From: Lytechinus pictus
Lineage: Eukaryota
Length of the DNA stretch: 64,000 nucleotides
Assembly: GCF_037042905.1 (NCBI RefSeq)
Contig: NC_087250.1
Location: forward strand, 24,182,001 to 24,246,000
Direction of reading: 5' to 3'
The notes under the pieces were generated by a model that had not been told where the DNA came from, ran no database searches, and was given only the letters and a program-made list of their open reading frames with translations. Below are positions 41,101 through 53,100 of the stretch, one piece after another. Each line of letters begins with the position of its first letter. The stretch's first letter is position 1. Both the position numbers and the translations under genes were made by a program.

Positions 41101-44100
41101 ATAACATTCAGTTCATCTTGCTTTTTGCCTAGTATTAAACAAGGAGATATCTCCTTGGTATAAATACTCTATGTAATTGTGCAGAGATAAAAACTTTTAA
41201 AAGATGATAATGTAACATCAAAGCCCTACATGTATACTGTGTAAAAACAATGATTTTATGCACATATGACAAGAGAACAAAGAACATATTTCAATCATCA
41301 GAGATATCCATTACAGCATCATACTATTCTCAATATCTTTTCTTTTTCTCTTTGATCAACTTCTATGCCTTAAATTTCAACTGAAACAATTTCCTTCACA
41401 GCCGAGCAAGCCACCAATACCCCCTCTTACATTTCCAAAACTGACATCACAAAGGAAAATATCCATCCCTCTTTTCGAGCAAGAATAAATTACATCACCC
41501 TCTCACTCTCCTAGACAAACTGTCTACTCCAATTCACAAATATTTCCCTCAGAAAAAAATTCCCAAATGACATGGATATGATACCATCTGGTTACATATT
41601 TCAACGAGCAATTGATTGAATAATTTATCTGTCTGACATCCTCGATATCTTCTCGCCACGTCTTGAAGCCCGCGGGGGCGCGTTCGTACCCGTATCTGTT
41701 ATCGTTGGTATGACACGATATGACAGCATGGGCCGTTTGGGAATCGTTTATAATGTAGCTGGTGTTTACTCATCAAAATGCCCATATGATATTCGGTTAT
41801 GTTCTCATCTGGATTTCTGTCTCTTTTTAGAATGTGATCTTCCTTTACCCTTGCCCAGTAGATCATTCCACCCCCCCCCCCCCCGCCCTCCTCCCAACCT
41901 CATCCTCTCTTAAAGTCTGTCTCTCTGCCTCCCCACTCCCTTTCTGTCATCTTTATCACTCTCCCCCCCCCCCCCCTCTGTCTCTCTATTTCTCTCCCTA
42001 TGTCACTCCCTTCTTTATTATTAGCTTCATATCCCATCTCCTCAACCAATGGGCCTATACTCTTGTTAACAGTTTATTGTCAATTGGTCTAATGCCAATT
42101 CGTCTAATTACCAACTCGTCTCTTATCATTTGGCCTACCATCAGTTATCCGCTATCCACATGGTGTAGTTGCCATTTAGTCCATAAACCATTTGGTCTAA
42201 TTGGATAAGTGTTAATTGGACGAAATGAATGAAAAGAAAATGGGTATTAGACCAACTAATACATAGACAAAACGGTAATAGACGAACTGGTGATTAGACG
42301 AAGTGATTATTGGACCAAATGGTTATTGGACTTTTTAAATGGTTGTTAGACGAAATGTTGATAGACAGCATGGCATTAGACTAAATGAAGGTAGACCCCC
42401 TCCCACCTTCCTAAAGTGGAAGTAGATCCCCTAAATGTATCTTTTCATTCCCATTGTGGCCTATAGGCTATAACCATTTCTCCAATGCTTCTGCCCCCCC
42501 TCCCCCTAATGCTCCACGTCCCTTTTCTCATCTTTACTTTAATATCACCTCATCTCTCCTGCCTTTCCTCTTCTTTTCCTCCTCCCTCCCCCTTGCCCCC
42601 TCCCCCACCACCATCCCATCTTCCCATGAAATCTACCCCTTCCATCCTTCATCCTTTCATGTTTCCCTTCACTCAATCCAAATATGGCAAGGACAGTGAA
42701 CTTGAAGGGACACTAAAATTACGCTTAACACCCAGCAGATCTCCTTTACGCCACTTGGTTCTCCATAACACCCCTTGGGAAATGAGGCGCCCAATGAGCA
42801 TATAGTATTATGCATGGATGATATAATACCATCTGTCTTGAAAATTATTGCTACTTTTCTTCTCCCTTTTCTTTTCCTTTTCCTTCCACTTTGTAATAAA
42901 AATGAAGATTTGAGAAATGTCTGGGGCTTTTTACGGATGCGTACAAATCAGACATAAATGTAATCCTACCATTAAAAATGTAAACGAGCAAATCCCTGCC
43001 CACATGCATTATTGACTGGTTCGTATAATAAAACATATATTTGCCGGTAATGCGCTTCCAGACATTTCCCTATTAAAACAAATCCCTAACGGAATAACGT
43101 CATGTTGTTGATTGTTTGCTTTGTTTTTCATTTCTTTTCTCATTTAAAAACATGGTCAAGGAGGGAGGCACTTTCATTACAAATTAGCCTAAAATCTAGG
43201 CAAAGCTGTATTGTTTATGCTGCTCTGCTGAACGCAAGTGATACGTCTGATGTGGCAAAGGCTACGAATTGTGATGCTGTGCGTAGCCTTTGCCACATTA
43301 TCGCATCCACAATTCATAGCCTTTGCCACATCAGAAGTATCACTTGCGTTCAGCAGAGCAGCATAAACAATATAACTGCAGCCTAGATTATAGGCTACAT
43401 TGTAAGTACAAATGGGTGGGTGATCATAAGTTTAAGAAACCACCCCTATTAAAATGCCTATCCCTAAATGATTCTCAACCACTTTGAAATAGAACCTTAA
43501 TTCTTCTTGTCATATATGTGTGTAAACTTTTGGCCTGCCCCCCCCCCCCCTTCCACTGTAGGTTGACTGCGAGACAGAGCTTCATGTCCTGTATTTAAGT
43601 TCATGTTTAGATTGCTCAATTGTGTCTGTAGTCAAACTTACGTCCTGGGTTCTAGGTTGCAGTCAATCGCTATTTAAGCAATGACCAATTAAGATCATCG
43701 TAGCATGTGCACTCTGTTTAAAATATTGACCGGGAACCAATCAGAGTGGTTCTTTCATATTATCTGTAATTCACTGCAAATCTGAATGTTAGAGGCCCAA
43801 GACATGCATTTATATTTCGTCTTGTACTTTTCCAATCTCATAACAGTATCAAGACGACCCATTAACATTTGGAATGCCACTACCCAAAACGACTCCCATT
43901 TCATATGACCAGAGCAAGAAGGACGTGAGCCGGTATTAAACGTTTACAACAAGCGAAACCCTTCTGCTTCTCAGGTTTTCATTCCACATGCCAGTAGAAC
44001 CTAATGTTTTATTACTGAGAGTATTCTGGTTGTTAACCTTTCAAAAAAAAGAAGCTTCTACGTAAAGCCTGATAAAATGTCATATCAGCAGGTTTGGCGT

Positions 44101-47100
44101 ACCATGAAATAAATGTACTCCAGCAAAAAAAAAATATGATGAACTATATCGCTACATTGTATACAAATTAAACTTAGAATAAGTACACTGTATAACTCAG
44201 GAGAGGATGGAAACATGGATATGTAGATGCCCTTTTAACTGGCTTCAGTGCCCCCCCCCCCCTTCACCCATCAACGTCTTTGGAGATTTGTTAAGTCCTT
44301 TCTATTGTGCAAAAAAAAAAAAACTTTTATTCCCTATAAATATCAAAATGTTTTTAAAGGAGAAATTCACTCTGACGATAAATTGGTTTCAAGCAGAATA
44401 CAAGAGAGAAATACATTGGTGAAGCTTTGATGAAAATCCATTATAAAAATGTAGTTTGAATTTTGAAAGTTTTTGATTTGTGAAGTCATATGCTAGCACC
44501 TCCCCGAAAACATCATTATAATATATTAAATTCTGAAAATTTTCAAAAGCAAAATGATGACTTATTTTTCATTTCTTTATGGGAATGAAATGACGCTGAT
44601 AGTACATGTACGTTCCCACACATTTAAAAATCACTTTCATTTTTTTTAGAAAATGAATTTAAAAAAATGTAGTCACATGGCATATCTAGGAGCTGCTCAT
44701 CAGTGACATTGGCACGTCGAAAATATTATGTTTAATAAATGAAATTTTGAAATCAAACCTTTACTAAAATATATTTTTTTATTTGTTTTTATAGCTAACT
44801 TATCGCCAGGGTAAGCTGTAAAACATAATATGTAACTGTCCCATCAAGAAATGAAAAAAGTGACCTTCGTCTTTGCACCATCTTACCTATTCGTCCAGGG
44901 CATCTATTAGCTAGGTGAGGTTCCAATTCACTCCTTGGTAGCTTTGCTGTACAGAAGTCTGTGTTTGGACATAACACTATTAGTCTGTCTAACATCCTGT
45001 AATGAAATATTGATCAAACAGAAAGGAGAGAAAATAAAAAGTGATTTAGAAGCCATCTATGATCGAAATGTGAAAAGTGCAACGGTTAATTTTCTGAATG
45101 TAGTTGCAAAGCAGTATGCAACAGTTTCATTATTGGAAGAGGAATGCTACAATTTGTGGTAATGCAGTGTAATTCATTCATTATAGTCGGTACATACATT
45201 CTACATGTACATGTACACGTACATGTACAGTAGCCAATACAAAGTCTTCATCAAACTAAAAAGGTAACAAATATCCAATTTGCAAAAAATTTATGAGTTT
45301 TTCTTACAAGTAAAAAAAAAAAAGATGGGATCACTGAATCATGTGACATGACTCACTCCAAAAATTGAAATCACTGCATCTACATGTATTTCATACCTTG
45401 CTTTCAAGTTCATGTGAGGCATGAAGAGGTTGTTGAGGAAAACAATGAAAATGATGTGGATTTTTTTCCAGGCACCAGTGGTGAAACGAGCCAAAAATGT
45501 TGAGGGTGCCAGATACATGTATGTATGGCGTATCAGGCAAAATTCATAGAGTGTTGAGCGAGCAAAAATTTCAACTTTTTAATTTACACTCAAATCCAAT
45601 TTTTTGTGATAGATTTTGACATAATATTCAGAAAATAATATATTTTTCTCTTCTTTCCTTTTCTCTTTTGTCTAGGGTTGTGAAAAATTTAGGAGGGCAT
45701 GCGCCCTCAAGTGCCTCAATCTAGATGCCACTACCAGGCAAAGATTATATTGTTACAGAAACAACAGTAGACTTTAATAGACAAAAGGATAATAACCTGG
45801 AATAGACAATAGACATAGAGACCAAAAAATGAGAAATAGCAGACAAGGCAAGATTTCATCCAGGGCAATGACGGCTACTGTTCAAGCTGATTGCATATAG
45901 ACTCTGAGAATAAGAATAGAAAAATAATAATTTTTCACTGTTTGGGGTATAATAACAAACCAAGTGTGGGTACTGGGCATCCGCTATGATGGCTCTTTCA
46001 AGGTCAAGGTCAAGGTCAAAGGTGAGGTGAAAATGAAGTTCTCTGCAAGGTGTCTAATGACACAATGATACTTTTGAAGATGTTCCCATTGTCAACTTGA
46101 AAGCAAGAACAGTTTGATGTAATAATGAAGTGGGGAAAAGTACAAGAGATACAGGTTAATATTTTCTCCCTGCTGATTTGACTGGTAGAATAGTAGATGA
46201 GAGTTGCTCATGTTTCATATTCAATAGCATCTCATGCTGCAAAGGGTTTAACACTGTACATGTAGTGTAATGATATTTTTCTCTTTTTTGTTTGGACTAC
46301 TTGTAAAGTTTCATCTAATATCACAATTGACACCACCATCATTATCATCAACATCAATCATCACCATCATCATCATCATCATCAACATCATCATTATCAC
46401 CATCATCATCATCGCTATCATCATCATCACCATCATCACCACCACCACCATCACCATGATCATCACCATGATCACCATCATCAACATCATCATCACTACC
46501 ATTATCATCATCATCAATACAATCACCAGCATCATCATCATCAACACCATCACCAGCATCACCATTAACACAATCATAATCATCATCATCATCATAATAG
46601 ATACATCTTTGCCAACATCATCATCATCACCACCATCACCACCACTCAATTATCATCATCATCATCACCATCATTATCTTCACCACCACAATAATCATCA
46701 TCATCATCATCACCATCAATTATTACCATCATCACCATCATCATCTTCATCATCACCATCAATTATTACCATCATCACCATCATCATCTTCATCATCATC
46801 ACCATCATCATCTTCACCACCACAATAATAATCATCATCATCATTAAATTATCATCACCATCAACGTTATCATCATCGTCATCATAATTATCAATATAAT
46901 CATCATCATCATCTTCATTATTTTCCAAAGCACTTTTGTTTTTTGTTTTTTTGCAAATACTTTTTCAGGTTTCTCTTCCTAGTCACGTAAATTTCAGAAT
47001 CACAAACAACTTTTTGTTGGAGGAAATGAGGAGAAGCAACAATCATCCTTCATGAAGGCCTGATATAAAGCAGACAAAAGCAGGGTTAAAAAAAAATATA

Positions 47101-50100
47101 TTAAAGGAAAGTTTCTTTTAAATTTTAGTACTCCATGTACTGTATCATCAGTGTATGCCTACATATTCAGGTAGGCAAGAAGATTCCATTTTGATTTTAC
47201 ATGTACATGTAATGTATATTGCAAGAGTATACATATGTACATCATACAAAATTGATGTAAATCGTCAAACACAAAAATAATTACATCAATAGAATAGTAC
47301 TGTACATGTAGCAGCCCAGGAAAAAAGGTGCCCATTAAAATGGACATTTGCCACTTCTTCACCCCTTTCACTTGACCTACCTATAACCAGTATCCCTTGA
47401 GATGTTATTACCAATCTCATTAGCCTGACTCATAATTGATTATCAACTGTCTTCTATTCATTCACAAAATCACCCTACTAGGCTTTGGTTGCAGACCCTT
47501 TCCATTTCTACAAAGTGTACCCCAGAGTCCCAGACCTGCATGGTTTCAAATGAATCGGAGGAATTACGATATCATCATGGACGACTCTTTCAATAATATA
47601 ATTCAGTTGCATGTGCCACATACTATTAAAAAAAAAGACAAATTAATTTTTAAAGTACATGTATGATGTAAAATATAAATTAATAACTGTACACAATGCT
47701 GCAAATATAACAATCACAAACATTTGGATCCTACAGTTAAATGTAACTGTCCTTTCTTTTGTATTATTTGGTTATCTATTTGTATCTCATTTGATTTTTT
47801 GTCTGCTCTTTTGTTCTCCTTTTCTCCTTTTCTTGTGACCAATAACTGTACACAATGCTAAAAGTAACAATTACAAACATTTGGATCCAACATGTATCCG
47901 TCTTTTCTTTCAGATACTAAAGTAATCTATTCATTTTCAATATAATGTTATTTTATTTGGACATCTTTACAATTTATTTGTTTTTCATTTGATTTTTCTG
48001 TGTGCTCTTTTGTCCTCCTTTTCTCCTTTTTTTTTTTTTTATTTCTATCATTTTTTAATGGTTTTTATAAGTGGCTGAAAATACAAGACTACACAGAAGA
48101 TCCTTGTTGGAGAATGCACTTCTGAGAAAGAGCAGTCTTCATCAAAATATTACTGATGAGTCATTGATTCTCCTATGAAGACCAAAAAAAGAGCGAAGGT
48201 CTCCAATTGACAAAGTAATTTCTAGGCAGCACTTTCACACAAAATACTGTGCACATTTTTGATGCCATGTCCGCACTCTGCAGCATGTACATGTACATCT
48301 AATAACGCAATGTACAATTGAATACCATGCCTGACATACATGTACATGTAGTTGTCAACAAAACATTTTTTTAGCCACTTGAACCTCAATATTTGAGGGG
48401 AGCCAGTGAACATGGCAACTACATGGCATTATTTTTTTGTCCTGAGATTCCACATGTACATGTATTAAAGGTATGGTCCAGGCTGGAATTCAGAGCAAAA
48501 TGCTGAAAATTTGACAAAATCAGGTAACAAATTAACAAAGTTATTGAATTTTAAAGATTTGCATTATTCCGGTGAAACAGTTCTAGGCATGTCTTTATGA
48601 ATATTCATTAGGTGGGCTGATGATGTCATATCCCCACTTGTTCTTTTGTATTTATTATACGAATTTAGGTTTATTAAAAATTTTGTACCAAGAACAATTG
48701 GATTGACAACTGATTAAGTGCATTATTGCTGCAACTTATTTTATCATAATGGAGACACATCATTTACACATTTTTTATGAAAAAATGAAACATTTATGAT
48801 TTCATGTAACATTTATAAAGAAAAAGGAAAGTGGGGATGTGACATCACCAGCCCACCTAATGAATATTCATGACCATGTGCATATAACTGTTTTCACAAA
48901 ATATTGATTAAGTTCAAGATCCAATAACTTCGTTATTTGTTATCCGATTTTGATGAAATTTTCAGCATTTTGCTCAGTGAATTTCACTCTGTTTATTTAA
49001 ATTTTCAGCCCAGAGTATCCCTTTAATAATGCTTTCTTGATTTTGGGATAGGTCTACAATACATGTTTGGTACATGTACGGGTGATGAGGGGCAAAAAAA
49101 AGGTTTTTACATTGGGGGCTCCGGGCAATTTTGTCCCAAAAATGACAAAACAAGAAAATCCTCATCCACACTAATAAAATTGTAAAAAGCCAAAAAAACT
49201 AAAATATAAAAACAATAATAAAATAATTTGCCTAATGAGGGGTGATGTTCATGAATAAAAATGTCAAAACAGGAAATGGAATTACAGGCCTATTTCTGTT
49301 TAATAGTGGGCAAGTCCAAGAATTTGCGTGCGTTACGTATGGGACATTTCAGAGGCTTTAATGACCTGAAAAATAGTGTTAAATGACTTTGATTAGATTG
49401 AATACCCTCGTGTTGGTAGACATCTAGGAGAAGAATATCATGCAAAAAATGGTGACAAATGACCTTGACCCTTTAGAGAGAAAAGATATGCCGTTACGTA
49501 TGGGACGCAGAAAAAAGACAATTTTTAAAACATTTTTTTCAAGTTGAGAATTCTCTAAAAGTATTTCATTTGACAACCTGTAACTTAGTGTGATAGAAGT
49601 CACAATACTCTAGTATATCTAAGGCAAGTTTCACTTCATAAGCCAAATCCCTCTAATTACAGACTCTAATTAAACAAATTTATGACGTGTTACGTATGGG
49701 ACATTTTGTCCCCATAGAGAACGTACACAATTTTCCCTATATAATTCAAAATAATGAAATAATGAAAATATGGGAATAACAAAAGACATATTTGATATGA
49801 CTTAAAAGGAAATTAGCCATTTCAACATTTTTTTTCTTGTTTTTCATGGTTTCATGAATTTCTTATGTATTTCTATTGTTTTTATTTTTTCATATTTTTC
49901 AAGTTTCACAATTTTTTCACTCCGATTGTTTTCATTAATCAGTATTCATAACAAATCAGTCTTTAAAAACTAAAGAAAAGGTAAATAATCACTTTTTAGA
50001 GCACTCCTGAAATGTGTTTTTTCTCCATTCACTTTGTACACAAATCTCCCCATTGACATTGTGTGTAAATGTCCCATACGTAACACGTTGTCCCTTACGT

Positions 50101-53100
50101 AACAATTTTTTAATTAAAAAGTAAACTCTATTTTTGAAACTTTTTGTGGTATAACATTTTCATACTTAATATATTAGAACTTCACAGAGATGCAACAATA
50201 CAAGTGTTGTATTATGAGAAATAACTTTAAAAAACATCCTCAAAATGTTACGTATGGGACATTCCATCTCTGGACAAGGCCTAATCTGCATAATTAATTA
50301 GATGACACCACCTTTTTTCCCAAAAAAGTAATAAGATGTTAGGGGTCCATGTCCCACCTATGACTAAATCTCACAAGTTGTGTTTTTATTTTCTATGAGT
50401 TTTCATAATTGTCCCATACGTAACGCCCATTTTACCAATTATGCAAATTAGGTGTCCTAAATTAGCATAAATATGCATATCAAATTTTTCTTAATGAAAT
50501 TTAAAAATTCAACATTTGGGTTTTCTTACCCCACCATTGGTAACTCCTTAAATTAAAGATTAAATTTGGCCTTCTGGGGTGACCTTTTCTTGGACTTGCC
50601 CTAGTACATTATTCCCCTTCTGCAGCCCGCAACAATTATGTGTACTGTAGGCTTGTACATACATGTACATGTACTGTATGGAAAGTGAGCATGGCTGAAA
50701 GAGTATTACTAAAAAGGAGTCTGCAAGTACAGACTATCCAATCCAATCTATTGTTGTAGGATGAACTGCAACAAACAAAGCTTAGAATACCAGACAATCT
50801 ACTCCACACTAACATTTATCATCCATTCAAACAGACCCCAATCATTTAATTCTCATAAGGCACGGGTCCCTTCAACGCCAGAAGGCCATTAGCCATGCAT
50901 GAGGCAATGAAAGACAAGGTCTTTTGGGCTCTGAAGATTGTCATCCGTCTCATGATATGAATCATTTTTAGCCCTAGGGCCTAAAGGGCAACCCTCGGAT
51001 TAAAAACCAGCAAAATTCAATATTGTCTCCCTTTCATTGTGGAGCGATATTGAATAAATGTAGTCTTGACTTTCAGGCCCTTGATGTTATATGCAAAAAA
51101 GAAAAAATAATAATAAATGAGGCTATAAAAGAAAAAATAACCCCCAATTTATTGAAAATTGGTCACATTCTACATGTAGCATTAATTGAGCACTATAGCA
51201 CACTGAATTACCAGGACCAACATGTACGTACAGTGTATGTGAACTTCTGTGAGGTGCAAAGTGAAATCTGGAATGAAGAGAATTGAACCTCTATAGATGA
51301 AGAATTATGGAGCCAGGGTGATTCATCCATATTTTATGAAGAATTTATGTAATAGTTATTCAATTCTTCAATTTATTGTTTTCCATCAATCAGAAAACCT
51401 GATTGAAAGTGATACTGGTATTTGATGGTGACAGGATCCAGAAAGAAAAAACCTAATTCCAAAACAGCTCTACAAAACAAAAGTCTATTATAATGCAAAA
51501 TAGCTTGAATACTATTGCGATCTCAATACAACTCATCAATTTACTGATGCACTTGAATACTGTTGCAATCTCACTATTAGAAAGTCAAAAAGGGGCCTAA
51601 GCTTTCGATCCTAGCAGAATCTTCGTCGGAGGCAAAAATTAAACAACTTATTAAATGGAAACAGCACTCGATAGCCCATTTTATATTGGGCTGCATCATG
51701 TAGTGCTTTAAAAGCACTAAAAGCTAATTAATGTACTCTCGCTTCTACCCCATTAATCAATTATTTTCACTATTGGGAAGGGAGAGGAGAGCTATTGACG
51801 TTGGGTTTCTGTATCAAGAGTGAATAGGATTGCCCTATGTGTGAACTGTGCTCCGAGGTTGATTGCATTGTGGTAACATTTTACACTGATAGTCAGATGA
51901 AAAAGCGCTATAATACAATGTACCATATATATGCCTGACCATGGAAGTCTTTTCTCCCTCAGTGGCCTGACGTACGTATGTACAATGTACCGTACATGAT
52001 ACACGACACATTGTGCATAGTCAGCGCAGGACTATGCACAATGTGTCATGTACAGAAGGCTTGTTTTAATACCATATTTGTATAAAAAAATTGAGCCATA
52101 CATCATCATGTACATGTATGATTCAAATTTTTTTTTGGCACACGTGTAAAGAGTACATGTATTAGTCATGAAGTGTGACGTCATGAATTTTCCTTTTTAC
52201 ATTTTGATACCGTATTCCGGTAGGCGGTAAAGCACGTTTAAGTACCTGTACACCTCAATTTTGGACGGAATCGGTCCATGGGGGGAGGGGGTGGGAGTGG
52301 GGCCATGTATGACCTTGTGAGAAGCAAGACAAGAGGGTACTAATGGCCGGTGGGTGCTTCTCATCTGTGGCCCGTTTCATAACGGACTTGCAACTATTGT
52401 AACTTTGCCATAATGGCAACTACCATGGTAACAGGGCCAATCAGCAGCCAATCAAAATCAAGGTTTCCATGGTAGTTGCCATTATGGCAAAGTTACAACA
52501 GATGCAAGTCCTTTATATGAAACAGCCCCCTGCTGTTTGTAGTCTTGCTACATCATACAGGGTGTATGCGTCGCTTTTACACGTACATGTACATCAAGCA
52601 TTTTAGCAGCAGTTTCCACCTACAGTAGGCTACCAGGAACTGGGTTATCTGTATCTTCAAAACTTACAGTATCACAGGGTGCTACATGTACATTGTATAT
52701 AAGCACTTGCCCGATTGCCCAGGACAAGTAAAATTAGTCGGGCAAGTGTTTTGAAGTAAAGACCGAAACTACTTGCCCGAATTGGGCAGGCAAAATTCTC
52801 ACAGTAGAATGACCAAAATTAGGGTCGATATGATATTGATCCTAATTTTGGTCATGGCAGGCAATATAAAATCAATTTGGGAAAAGAAATGCAATAACAA
52901 AGTAGATCAGTTTGAGAGAAAAAGGTCAATGGTTTATAAAACTGCAAAACTTTCTTTTGAAGAGGTAAAACTTTTTTTCAATAATTTATTTCGGGCAAGT
53001 GAAATAGATTTTTGGGCAGGTATATTCCAGCTATTTAAAAATTTACTTGCCCAACTGGGCAAGTGCTTCTAAAAAGTTATGTAGCAGAAGCACCCTGCCT

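Noticed and set aside
41580..41770. Hidden LNX linker exon in a CpG-rich patch of intron 2
   Set aside because: One minus-strand frame is open, but I found no phase-1 acceptor giving that frame and no NPxY or LNX similarity.
46270..46928. Ile/His/Met/Asp-rich ORFs
   Set aside because: They are translations of a (CAT)n microsatellite. The same applies to 17386-17718 and 62868-63141.
48152..48190. Hammerhead core CTGATGA (also at ~56244)
   Set aside because: There is no correctly placed GAAA and no supporting stems.
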